Below, one piece after another: positions 35,620 to 48,700 of a stretch of DNA of 64,000 nt. The position numbers and the translations under genes are program-made. The notes beneath the pieces are model-generated. The model was not told the DNA's origin and ran no database searches. It saw only the letters and a program-made list of their open reading frames with translations. Position 1 is the first letter of the stretch; each line of letters opens with the position of its first letter. Source of the stretch: Macrostomum lignano (Eukaryota); contig NIVC01001802.1 of NCBI GenBank assembly GCA_002269645.1, positions 12,088-76,087 of the forward strand. Reading direction: 5' to 3'.

Positions 35620-36015
35620 TGCTATTTAGGGATTCTTGCTATCTGGGTGGTTGCTTTTATAATATCTGGGGGGTGCTTGCTATCTGCAGGATGCTTCTAT
35701 AATATCTGGGGGATGCTTGCTATCTGCAGGATGCTTTCTATCTAGGTGGATGCTTCAACAATATCTGGGGAATGCTTGCTACCTGCAGATGCTTGCTATC
35801 TGGGGTGATGCTTGCTATCTGGGGAATGCTTGCTATCTGGGGTGATGCTTGCTATCTGGGGGATGCTTGCTATCTGGGGGATGCTTGCTGTCTGCAGATG
35901 CTTGCTATGATGCTATCTGGGTTGATGCTATGCTATGAGCATTAGGGGATGCTTGCTATCTGCAGTTGCTTACTTTTGGAAGGTGCTTGCTATCTGGGGG
36001 ATGCTTGCTGTCTTG
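35620..36015. repeat. Degenerate ~19-20-bp minisatellite (gatgcttgctatctggggg)
   Basis: Imperfect tandem units. Confidence 0.8.
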
Positions 36016-37880
36016 GGAATATTTTCTATTTAGAGGGAGCTATATTTTGTTGTCTGTTTGTTAATTTTAGAGAAAAAGTGATTTATAGCAAACATCTTTG
36101 TCCGTGACAATTTTACACAAAAAAGGTGATTTTTAAAAGTGAGGAAAGAATTGGTTCCTAAGAAAATGTGCTTTTTTAATTGTTTTCCATGAACTATTGT
36201 TGGTCCTTACTTATTGGGTGCCCCGAAGGGGGGCTGCACTAGATTGCTAGTATCAAACTAAAAATCCAAAGTTACTAGAATATTATTTTTTTTGTTGTAA
36301 AAAATTTAATGCCAAATTCATATAGAATAAAATGATACAAAGAGACAATGAGATGTTCATACTATGCAAGTATTCTTTGAAGAGGATCCTATATATCTAC
36401 TTCAGTTTATGATCATTTAAATAGGAGAAATATATATAAATGATTGTAAACCAAAGCTAAAGGGTTTGATATAAATAACCAAAATTGATCCCTATCTAAA
36501 TATACACTACCTTCAGTTTATAATAATTTATATATCTGCCATTTAATTTTAAATGAGTATAAACCAAAGCTTAGGGGAGGTAGTGAGGACATATTGTATT
36601 TTAATTTATTTGTCATTTCTCTACAGAACTTTGCAGATAATGTATGGAATTGAGTCTAAAGTGCTATATAGTATAAGGTACATGGTCAACTATTGTATAG
36701 TATAGTCAACAAGATAGCATCATATAATATACCAAACCCCCTTAGCTTTGGTTCACAATCATTTACATGTATTTATCTTATTTAATTTTGAATGATTATT
36801 AATTGAAGTAGATATAAAGGATCTTGTCTTTGCCATATGCCATGAGAGAAACTTTAGGTTGGCTATTTTATTCAGATTTTTAGTGAAATAAATAAGCCCA
36901 ATTCAATAATTTTGTTTCCTTTGAACAGGCCATGATTGCTAAAATGGAAATTAACATAGGGATTATAAATTGAAATAAAAAAGAATAATTATAAACCAAA
37001 AGAATGCATTAAAATATGCCAAAGTTCTTTTGATTCCTATCCTCTCTACCAAGTAAACAAAATCTTTACTTGTCTCATAGGCATCTAGAAGTCATGCTAG
37101 ATCTTCATTGAATATTCTCCTATAAGGCCATTATTGGTTTTGGTCTTCTTCAACCTTTTTTAGATGACTAAGCTTTTCTTTTTTAATCTTTTTGATAATT
37201 TCCTTTTTATCTTCTATATGTACCATAGCAGCCATCTTTTTCTTAAAAAGTATGCGAAGTAGATTTTTTAGCATATATTTTTGAAAGTAATATTTGGATA
37301 AGTTAAAGGGGAAAATGAGCCTCAGCTTTTTAGTCTAAAATGAATATTGGCTATTTAAATTGAATGTGCCAGTATCCCTATATGACACTTGTAACTATAA
37401 ATATTTTATTTTCTATAGCCATAGGTAATATGTTTAAACTAAATATTTAATGGCTAAAAAGAATTTCAATTATCTAATTTGAATGTTCAGACCTATAGTG
37501 GTAGATGGTATCACCACTGATTACTTTTTGAAAATTGATTTTAATAACAATAACATTATCTAGACATTAAAATTATGCTTGCCCCCCTTTCTGGCCCCAT
37601 TTGTCCACCCCCTGGCATGCAAATATTACGTTTTCTGCCCTTTTTCTGTTCTCTACGCCCTATTTTCTAGCATTGTATACCCAACTTATGGTTATTTTGT
37701 TTTTTTCTATGTATTTTCTGCGGTATTTTTTTGTTGCCTCTTTCTGCATTCTAGTGTTTTTGCTAGCACAGCCCTATTGCAGCGCATGGCTTAAGTAGGC
37801 CAGACGCCTACACAACCTGCGCCACGCTGTGAAATGACTTACCTATGAAAGAAACTCTAAAGCAAAATTAACGAAGTTTT

Positions 37881-37951
37881 GGGTAAACGGCAGGAGTAAC
37901 TATGACTGTCTTATCAAGCCTAAATGCCTCGGCATCTAATTAGTACCGCGC
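37881..37951 (+). other. Isolated, diverged 28S rRNA-like fragment spanning the R2/I-PpoI target region; not a functional rRNA gene
   Basis: gggtaaacggcaggagtaactatgactgtcttatcaagcctaaatgcctcggcatctaattagt aligns by eye with the conserved eukaryotic 28S sequence GGGTAAACGGCGGGAGTAACTATGACTCTCTTAAGGTAGCCAAATGCCTCGTCATCTAATTAGT. Confidence 0.8.
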
Positions 37952-38700
37952 CGCGCCGTACTAATCGCCGCGCGCCGTACGCGCCGCGCCGCGCCGTATT
38001 AGATCCGCGCCGGACGCCGTCCGCCAAAATGCCCATGCGCTGCAATCAGGTAGCACAGCGACCAATCTAGTGTTGTTTACCAATTTCGCTGCTCTGAGGA
38101 TCAGAGCGTTTCCTACATTGGAAAAACAAAGTGACACCTGCACACTAGAGCTAGGGAACATTGGCTATTTTTTAGAGCCTATTTTTCTCTCTCTCTCCCT
38201 TCATTATATACTTGGCATTTGAAATTTTACCAGACTGTTTTGACCCGCCTTTGGAATATACAGTTTGTTTTGCTTAAATATATTGGTGCTGAAAATTAAG
38301 GTTAGTTGAATTTGCCTTGACGATGTCTTGTGTTTTATTAAACGCATTGGCTAAAAAAATTATTTTATGTTTTTGTTGACGTTTATTTTCCTACTATTTG
38401 TAGACGAGCTACACTTCCCCAGTCATTTGAATTGTTAGTCGCTGCTCAAGTGTGAATAATAATAACTTGTTTATAATAACTTTGTTTATCGATTAATAAA
38501 TAAACAGCAATTATAATTTGTTTTCTTTGTTCTGGATTAAGAGCCATAGCTTATCTTAAGTCATTTGCCTATGGGGCATAAAATAACCCAATCTCATCTC
38601 AAAACAAGCTCTAAGACTTCAACATTCCGTAATAGGCAAATTACAGTGGTGGCAGCGCTACTCTACTGTTAGTAATAGAACAAGCATATGAGGTACATTG

Positions 38701-40226
38701 CGCCAGGCGCTGCTTTGCACAGATGAGAAGAGTCATCGGGCCTACTTGGGGTCTTTCTCCCAAGACGGTCAGATGGATTTACACCGGCATCGTTCGGCCC
38801 AATATCACCTACACGTGTGTTATCTGGTCCAGTGCGTTGGAGTTGAAGACTGTGTGGGACCAGTTGTACCAGCTGCAGGGTAACATCTGCCGAGCCATCA
38901 CCGGTACATATCTATCCACCCCTTACGAGGGGCTCAACACCATCCTCAGCATGCCTCTGCTGCATTTGTTCATTAGAGCCGAGGCGATGAAGGGCGCCAC
39001 GTGTCTCATCTGTGATAAATTTATTGCTAACACGCCCTTGGGCTTCATGCCCGAGAAGACTCTTTTCCCACATCTGGACTATATCCGTTGCGATCTTCAA
39101 TGCATCCACCTCAATTTAGACAAGGTAGACTGCAAATCCCCCACTCTCATTCTCAGGAGGGGCTTCAAGTGTACTCTTCCACCGAGAGGGAGTCACCCGC
39201 TGGATGTGGGCATCAACCAGAGAAGCTAGGGTATTCACTGCTTCACTGATGGATCCCTGTGTGACAGTCTCGCTGGTACGGGCATTGCCATTTTCTACAA
39301 GGGTGAAGCATTCTTACAAGAGAGTCTTCATCTTGGTGAGAATGTCTCGGTTTTTCAATCCGAAGTTGTAGCTATCAACCAGTGCACTGAGCATTTGCAC
39401 AAAGCTGGCATCAGCAGCTTTGACATTTATTTTTACTCTAACAGCTAGGCTGCTATTAAGGCCTTGTCTTCTATCAAGCTCTCAACCAAGTCAGTCTCAG
39501 ACTGCCTCAAAAGCTTGCAGACCCTAGCGATTCTCAACAGGATCAATGTTATCTGGACACTAGGCCATAGCAACATCCTCGGCAACGAGCTTGTGGATCA
39601 GCTTGCCAAGTGGGGTTGCACCCCCGATGGAGCGCAACGCTCAGTCAAGTTACCTTCTCCGAAGTCATCAATCAACCGTGCAATTCAAGATTGGCTGAAC
39701 CGCCAGCATCAGACTCACTGGGATAGCTGCTCCAAATACTGGCAAGCACGAAAAGCTATGCCTGCTATTAACCGGAAAGTATCCGAATATCTAATCTCCA
39801 TAAGTAAAACTGACTTGAGGGAGATGTGCATGTTAATTACTGGCCATGGCTTCTTCCAGAGACATACTTCACTGCAAAGTGGCTGCTCCCCTATCTGCCC
39901 ATTCTGTGATTTAGAGGAGGAAACCTCGACACACCACGTCACTTTCTGCCCGCACTTCAACAAGGCGCAGAGGCGTCACCTTGGTCACCCGCTAAGGCTT
40001 GACGAGCTCACCACTCTGGACCGGATCCATGACCTATGTGCATTCATTCAGGATTCTGGGCAGATGAAGATTGCAGACGCCACTCTCGCAAGCTCTTCTG
40101 CTGCCGGCGAGGGGTGGGCGCAGCCCCAAGGCTAATGCCTTTTTGTCTCTGTTTAGCTTGGGGTTGCGATAGGGGCCTCGCGGCCTATTCGCGGTGCTCT
40201 GCCCCCCGTTGGTAATAAGTAGTAAG
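38701..40226 (+). mobile_element. 5'-truncated non-LTR retrotransposon (LOA/R1-like) with RT thumb, RNase H and a C-terminal Cys/His motif
   Basis: One reading frame with two TAG stops: [18 protein letters not shown]...ITG...TP, then [41 protein letters not shown]...CPFC...ET..H...C. A 14-bp TSD tatgaggtacattg (38687-38700, 40227-40240) and a taa/tag-type tail bound the element. Confidence 0.9.
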
Positions 40227-41000
40227 TATGAGGTACATTGAATCTACAGTGTCTGAGGACTTGCATCTGAATGCTTGCGCCAAATAAAGACGGCTTGTCT
40301 ACAACTAAAACTACCCTCCCCCCGAGATTGAGGACCCTGGTAGTCGGAGTATCTATGAGAAATTTCAAATAGGATTCGTCCACTCAATTTTCCAGCTTAT
40401 TTGTGCAAACTCAATGCCATACGGTTTCGAAGAAATTTGAAGAATTGAAATTTAAAATTTAACCTAATTCCCAAATCTTTTTCTTAAACCGCCCTTATCT
40501 CACTATGTTCCAAATTAAAAGGAGTCAAAATATAATACTATCCCTTCAAAAAAGAAGTAAAGAACCAACTATTCTTTTGTTTTGTTGAAATTGAACAAGA
40601 AAAAGTATATTTATCAAAAAATATGCTGTGGAAATTGGAATTTTAGTGTTAAAAATGTTTTTAAAGATTTTTTTAATAGGGGGCCAGGTTAGTTATAATT
40701 ATTGTCTACTTTTAGGCAAAAGATACGTTATATAGGCCTAGCTAGTATAAATCAGAGTGGTTGCATAATGCTGATTATATTGTTTTTTTATATTTTTTGG
40801 CAAAAATGATTTTTCAATTATATCTAATTCTAATACTAATAATAGGGCCTATATTATATAAGCTTAATCCTAAGGTCTAATATACAATTGCATAGTAATG
40901 ACTATTGACCTTATAAATGTAGCTAGGCCTAGGCCAGGGCCTAGTCCTAATATTTAGGCCTAGGGCTTATCTATAATTAAAACTCTATTCAATATTATAA

Positions 41001-41589
41001 GGCAGTGCTTATCCCCACGGTACCGTAGGAATAATTTCTGTCTTATTCCAACGGTACCGTGCGAATAATTTTCTGCTTATCCGCACGGCACACTGAGGAG
41101 ATAGCTGCCCTATCTTCTACATATGCCGTGCGAATAATTTTCTGCTTATCCACACGGCACACTGACGAGATAGCTGCCCTACACGTCCTCTGTTTTATTC
41201 CCTCTGCTTTACTAGCTGCCCTATCTGCTACATATATATGCTGTGCGTGAATAGAATATAGCTTATTGAAAGGGAATTTGAACTGAGGATACTAAGAAGC
41301 TGTTGATCTTGATGTATAAACTCGAATCAGTTCTAGACTAGTATATGCATGTGTAAATGCGTGTTATTCTGCTTTACTGATACCCTTCTGTATACTTATT
41401 CAACAATAATTCAACAAAGTTGTTATACTGCACTCAAATCGTATGTACTAAACTTCCCACACGGCATATGTAGAAGATAGGGCAGCTATCTCCTCAGTGT
41501 GCCGTGCGGATAAGCAGAAAATTATTCGCACGGTACTGTTGGAATAAGACAGAAATTATTCCTACGGTACCATGGGGATAAGCACTGCC
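41001..41589. mobile_element. Mutator-like MITE
   Basis: 130-bp TIRs (41001-41130, 41460-41589) with two mismatches by eye, and a perfect 9-bp TSD atattataa (40992-41000, 41590-41598). Confidence 0.85.
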
Positions 41590-42738
41590 ATATTATAAAT
41601 AAAGCTATTTCAAACAAATCAAAATTTAACCAAATTTAACCAATTTATCCAAAATTTATTAGAAAATGTAGGTCTAATCAATAATAGGTCTAAAGTCTCA
41701 GAATCTATTGACTATTATATTGACAATACAATATGAATATAGGCCTAGAATGCAGCTAAGCAAAGTCATTTTCAGTTTCTAATTCTAACTAATCTGTCTA
41801 GCTAGTCAAAGTGCATTTATAAAAAATGACAAATAACAGTTTCTGAGTTTGGCACACATTGTCATTAGGTCTACATCTGCATCACATGGAATTGTGAACA
41901 AAGAACTTTGCATTAGGCTAGGGCCTGGGCCGCCTAGGCCTAGTTAATTCTTAATTAGGCCTAGTTAATATTACATTATTAGGCCTAGGCTTCAGAAAAC
42001 TAAAACTAAAACTAAAACTCACAAATTAGTTATTTGTATTTATATTTTTAATTTTTTTAAATATTTTTATTTAAATATAAATTAAATTAAATATTTTTAT
42101 ATTTTAAATTAATGTTTTTACAAATGAACCTTAAGAGTTTTTAACTTAGAGTTTCAATATTCGATGAGGTGTGTCACAGCGGGGACACCGGACAGTTAGG
42201 TCTATAATTTATAATTATTCGATGGACGAGTGTGAGTGACTCAAGTGAGTCGGACGCGTGGAAGAGCTGGAAAGGGCCAGCCAGGAGTGCAGTTTTTTGG
42301 CTTTTATTCATTTAGACCTCTGGGAAAGGATTAAAAGGCAAGATTAAATTTACACAGAACGTAAAAATTCGATTTGTTCCGGGATTTGAGCAAATCTAAG
42401 AACTTATTTGGGCTTATTTAATTCTTTAATAATATCCTTGATCACGCATCGTATTTTGCAAGTCTTATTATCAACGGTTTTATATTTACGATTGCAACGA
42501 TAAACAAAATATATTTTTAAGACACATAGAGCAGCCGTAGTACGTACTTAAACTCTATATGATAATTTTGTTACCTGTGTTAAATTTAAATTAGTTTTTT
42601 ATGACAGTTAATAAATTCGCCAAAAGTTTGCATCTTTTGAAGCGGCCTAAGACGCAAATTAAATTAATTCGCTTATTATAAAACACAGACTAGAAGCGAA
42701 TTTACGAAATCTTAACCGAAAGCGAAGTTACTGCAATC

Positions 42739-45700
42739 ATGTCGGATGATGAGGTGAGATCCTGGGCTTTTTTATAGAACTTCAAGAGAACATTTATGTG
42801 ACTTCTAATAGTAATAATAATAACATAATTGCAATTGCATCTGATCTACATGAGTAGCCATAGCCCCCCCCCCCTACTTGATTCGATTTCAACCTACTTC
42901 GGCGAAAGTCAATAACGGCGAAAAATACTTTCGCAATGACCATTTTGTCTAAAGGACTAAAGCTTACTATTTATGCGAAAGATTTGTTCCAAGCTTTGGA
43001 ACAAATCTTTTGTTGTTGTTTTGTTGTTTTTGAGTTTTGTTGTTTTAGAAGAAAGTTAAAAAGTAAACCAAAAAAAACTTTGGTAGTTCTTATTGTTATG
43101 GTGACTGTATAAATAGCAAGACTGTTATTTTTACGGTTAACACTTAAAACAAATACCATCTAAATGAAGTGACAAACTTACTGTGCAAATACTATGATGG
43201 TTAAATTTAAAAAATAAAGAAATGTTTTATTAATTAATACAATAGTAACTTCTAGAATCTAGTGGCTCTTGTCATGGTAGCTTACTTTAGGTAATTGTTG
43301 ACTATTACCTTGTAAAATAGAAATTTCTTCCACAAGACCGTAAAAATAGCCATTTTGCTTCCTAGTTCCTATTTATGGTGACCATAAAAGTAATGGTTCT
43401 GCTATTTATATGGTTACATTAGGTAAAGAACATAGGGCTGCATAGTGTCTTATGCATTAACCGTATAAGTAACCATTTTGTTATTTCTACAGTCACCGTA
43501 ACAATAACAACTGCCAAAAACTTTATAAAGATATATTTTATTGTGAAATTTTTTGTTTTATTGCAGTTTAATTCAGTTGTTTTTTAGTAGGTGCCATTCT
43601 ATTATAATAGGATTTCAAAGTACTATTTTAGGAACTGAAAAACCACATCATTATTTGTATACTTTAATTTATCAATTGCATAAGCCTATCAATAGATTAC
43701 ATGTACATAACATAGCTATTAGCAATGCCATGAGTTTTTTAATTTTCTAACTGCAAATAATCTGCAGCAATGAATAATTTCATAAAGCTTCAATCACCAA
43801 AGGGGTATATTTCCAATAATATAGCCAATCTTTTTGTCAAACTGGTCACTTTCTTTCACAAAAAATGTCTATCTATTTAAACTAAAAATTCATTTTTGCC
43901 AAAGCATTTTTTGCCAAAAATTCCTTTTCCAAAATGGGCTGCACTTTTTGCTTCTATGGGGTACTGACTATACTAACACTAATATTGACAGAGCTATAGT
44001 GACATTGATTTGAAATTTTGGCTGTTGTCCTTCCTTACAAATTATATTTAATCATTAAGAAGGTGAGCGCTATCATTTTTTATGCGACATGTTTTGCCTC
44101 GCATCATATAAAATCGCATAAACCAATCCTAAATAAGCAACTTGCCAATCACAGTGCCAGTGCCCTCCTTAGAGTATTCTAGGTGTACACTTATGCTCAT
44201 CTCACTCTATCTCTCTCTCTCTCTCTCTCCCCTCATTGCAACTCTGTGAGCACTCTGTCGGACTGTACAATCTACTGTTAATTTATATACATTTCTGACT
44301 TTTATCAACCTGTTCTTAGTCTTAATTGTTAAATATTAATGAACTAATAAATCGTTACTAATTTTAAGAGCCTGACGATGCCTGACGCGAGGCAAAACAT
44401 GTCGCATAAAAAATGATAGCGCTCACCTTCTTAATTCTACTTTTTCTTAGACGTGCAACTTTACCACATATTTATTCAATAGTCTAGATCATGCTGGGTG
44501 CACACCTGAACAAAAATTGAATGCCCTTAATAATAGAGGTCGGACGAGCAGAAAATTTTGGTCGGGCATGAAATTTCGTGAAATTTTAAAAGTTGGGCGT
44601 GATCGTGAATTTATATTTGCATGCACATATTTTGAGCTCATAAGTTACAAGTGTTGAAAATAACAAATCAAGAAAAGAAATAATTTTAAATTGATAATAG
44701 CTACTCGGTAATGCTGTCAAGTCAACAAATTTAAAATTTATCACTTTTACACATTTGTCTTCAAATATTTTGGTAAACCAAGTAGAAAAGTTATACTTCT
44801 AATAAAATGTAATAAAGCAGAAATTCATGACTGTCGTGAACGGGTTTCAAGGAAATAACGATCGTTAAAAAAATGGTCGTGAATTCACGAAATCGTGATC
44901 ACAATCGTGATCATGTTCGACCCCTACTTAATAAGGGATTAAACTGTGTCTGGAAAAGTGATGCACCCAAAAATTATCATGTTTTTTACAAATTAAAGGT
45001 TCTGATCTTCAACAAAAGTGCACAAAGTTTACATTTGTTTTTCAAAAATATAAAAAAAGTTGTACAAAGAGAACTGCTATTTTCAGTTTTTACCTTTGTC
45101 TTATATAAATGAAATATCTCAAAATGTCGATTAAATCTCATGTTATATTGTTGTCATATTGTAGTAAAAATCTCAAAAATTCTATATTGTATAACCCTTT
45201 GTTATAGTCAACAAGAATATTGATAGTTTTTAAAAGCATATGTGACTGCAATAAAAGTTTGTATGATTTATAATATAGGCAACATATTAAAATGAGCAAC
45301 AATTGTGTAGGAAGAAACCTGCATCTTTGTATTAGATTAAGTATGTTTGTTTATAAAATTTTTAATGTCCATCATGACATGGCTTAAACTGGTATTTGAA
45401 AAAGCTTAGTCTAGTTTTAGTGTATTAACAATAGCAGCAACAGTCCTATTTGGATAGTAGACTTAGCATCTCAACTTCCCTAAAGACAAAAAACATTTAA
45501 TAGAGTTCAAAGTAGCCTCCATAAAAGTGCAAACATTTGACCAAAAATTGGTTTCCCTGACACAGCTGAACCAATTTTCATAGACCCTTGTACCATATTC
45601 CCAAAATTTGAGTTCAACTTGCTGACAGCGCTGCCCCATCCCACTCACCTGTTTCCCCCACCCCAGTGGACCCCCGGCAGCAGGCCGAAGGCGAAACCAG

Positions 45701-48700
45701 CCATCCCTGATGCTGGCTCTGGCCATCGCGACCCGGCATTCGAGAACAAGCTGGAGTACGACCGCACTAAACGATTCGAATATCTCATCAAGCAGACTGA
45801 GCTGTTCAGCCACTTCATCGAGACTGGCACAGCCCAGGGCGCGTCAGCCAGGTCACGCAAGGTGACCAGCCCGCTGAAGATGAAGCTAGCGGAGGCTGGC
45901 AGCAGCAGCGTTAAACGCCAGCTGTCCAAGGACGGCGACCATCGGCACAGGCGCACAGAGAAGGAGGAGGACGACGAGCTGCTGTCGCAGACCGCGGCGG
46001 AGAGCGCCGACCCTGGCGAGATCTCGCGCTTCGACGCCAGCCCGTGGTATGTAAAGAATGGCGAGATGCGCGACTACCAGGTGCGCGGCCTGAACTGGAT
46101 GATATCGCTGTACGAGAACGGCATCAACGGCATTCTGGCCGATGAGATGGGCCTGGGCAAGACTCTGCAGACCATCTCGCTGATTGGCTTCATGAAGCAC
46201 TACAGGCAGCACTCCGGCCCGCACATGGTCATCGCGCCCAAGTCCACCCTGCAGAACTGGATGAAAGAGATCGAACGCTGGGTGCCGACCCTCCGGCCAG
46301 TCTGTCTGATTGGCGACCAGGAGACCAGGACTAACCTCATCAAGGAGACCATCCTGCCCGGCGACTGGGACGTGCTCGTCACCTCCTACGAGATGATCAT
46401 CCGCGAGAAGGCGCTGCTGAAGAAGTTCAACTGGCGCTATCTCATCATTGACGAGGCGCATCGGATCAAGAATGAGAAGAGCAAACTGTCCGAGATTGTC
46501 CGAGAGCTGAAGTCGTCCAACCGGCTGTTGTTGACTGGCACTCCTCTGCAGAACAACCTGCACGAGTTGTGGGCTCTGCTGAACTTCCTGCTGCCCGATG
46601 TGTTCAGCAATAGCGAAGAGTTCGACTCCTGGTTTAATCCGGAGTCGCTTGACCAGCAGCAGGATCTGATCCGGTGAGTGGCTCTCTCTGCTTGCCTGGG
46701 GCCGTAGCTAATAGGGTGGATATTGATATAGTGGATGCTAATGGGGCTGGCTGTTGAGTGTAGTAGATGCTAATGGGGCTGATATCGAGTGGAAGATGCT
46801 AATGGGGCTGATATCGAGTGGAAGATGCTAATGGGGCTGATATCGAGTGGAAGATGCTAATGGGGCTGATATCGAGTGGAAGATGCTAATGGGGCTGATA
46901 TCGAGTGGAAGATGCTAATGGGGCGGATAGTGAGTGTGGAAGATGCTAATGGGGGCGGGTAGTGAGTGTGGTAGATGCTAATGGGGCGGATATTGGGTGT
47001 GTTAGATGCTGATGGGGCGGATATTGAGTGTAGTAGATGCTAATGGGGGCGGATAGTGAGTGTAGTAGATGCTAATGGGGGCGGATAGTGAGTGTAGTAG
47101 ATGCTGATGGGGCGGATAGTGAGTGTAGTAGATGCTGATGGGGCGGATAGTGAGTGTAGTAGATGCTGATGGGGGCGGATAGTGAGTGTAGTAGATGCTA
47201 ATGGGGGCGGATAGTGAGTGTAGTAGATGCTGATGGGGGCGGATAGTGAGTGTAGTAGATGCTAATGGGGGCGGATAGTGAGTGTAGTAGATGCTAATGG
47301 GGGCGGATAGTGAGTGTAGTAGATGCTAATGGGGGCGGATAGTGAGTGTAGTAGATGCTAATGGGGGCGGATAGTGAGTGTAGTAGATGCTGTGCTGTGA
47401 GGCCCAATACCAAGCATTGCAACAACAATCCCGCAGCCGCCTGCACCAGATCCTTCGCCCCTTCCTGCTCCGCCGCGTCAAAGCGGACGTAGAGAAGGCG
47501 CTGCTGCCCAAGAAGGAGACGAAGATCTACATCGGCCTGAGCCACATGCAGAGGGAGATGTACACCCGCCTGCTCATGAAGGACATCGACGTGGTGAACG
47601 GCGCCGGAAAGACTGAGAAGACTCGCCTGTTGAACATCCTGATGCAGCTGCGGAAGTGCGCCAATCATCCCTACCTGTTCGATGGCGCGGAGCCCGGCCC
47701 GCCGTACACCACCGATGAGCACCTGATCGACAACTGCGGCAAGATGGTGCTGCTGGACAAGTTCCTGCCCAAGCTGCGCGACCAAGGCTCCCGGGTGCTG
47801 ATCTTCAGCCAAATGACCCGCATGCTGGACATTCTGGAGGACTACTGCTACTACAGGAACCTGCGCTACTGCCGGCTGGATGGCCAGACGCCTCACTCGG
47901 AGCGGCACGAGTCTATCGAGGCTTTCAACGCGCCCAACTCGGAAAAATTCCTGTTCCTGCTGTCCACCAGAGCTGGCGGTCTCGGCATCAACTTGGCCAC
48001 CGCCGATGTGGTCATTCTGTACGACTCCGACTGGAATCCGCAGGTGGACCTGCAGGCCATGGATCGGGCTCACCGCATTGGACAGAAGAAACAGGTGGGT
48101 TTTTGTTGAGCCTTGTCTGTCTCTGGGATCGGCCAACCCCGGCCATCAGGTCCGTTTGGAACTCTTCTTTCCCCTCTTCCCTCTGCCCTCGCTTTTATCT
48201 TTTCCCTCTTCCCTCTGCCCTCTCTTCTCTTTCCCCTCTTCCCTCTGCCCTCTCTTCTCTTTCCCCTCTTCCCTCTGCCCTCTCTCTTCTCTTTTCCCTC
48301 TTCTCTCTGCCCTCTCTTCTCTTTTCCCTCTTCCCTCTGCCCTCTCTCTTCTCTTTTCCCTCTTCTCTCTGCCCTCTCTTCTCTCTTCCCTCTTCCCTCT
48401 GCCCTCGCTTTTATCTTTTCCCTTTTCTCTCTTCTCTCTGCCCTCTCTCTTCTCTTTTCCCTCTTCCCTCTGCCCTCTCTCTTCTCTTTTCCCTCTTCTC
48501 TCTGCCCTCTCTTCTCTTTTCCCTCTTCCCTCTGCCCTCTCTCTTCTCTTTTCCCTCTTCTCTCTGCCCTCTCTTCTCTCTTCCCTCTTCCCTCTGCCCT
48601 CGCTTTTATCTTTTCCCTTTTCTCTCTTCTCTCTGCCCTCTCTCTTCTCTTTTCCCTCTTCTCTCTTCTCTCTGCCCTCTCTCTTCTCTTTTCCCTCTTC

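Noticed and set aside
36230-37600. AT-rich region with scattered inverted matches (e.g. 36450 vs 36730, 36385 vs 36805)
   Set aside because: Probably an old foldback/MITE, but I could not define ends or a TSD.
45886-48136. Antisense ORFs of 225 and 280 aa over ISWI exons (likewise 33833-34396, 24374-24850, 9776-10177)
   Set aside because: They are shadow ORFs expected from GC-rich third positions on the real coding strand, and show no motifs of their own.
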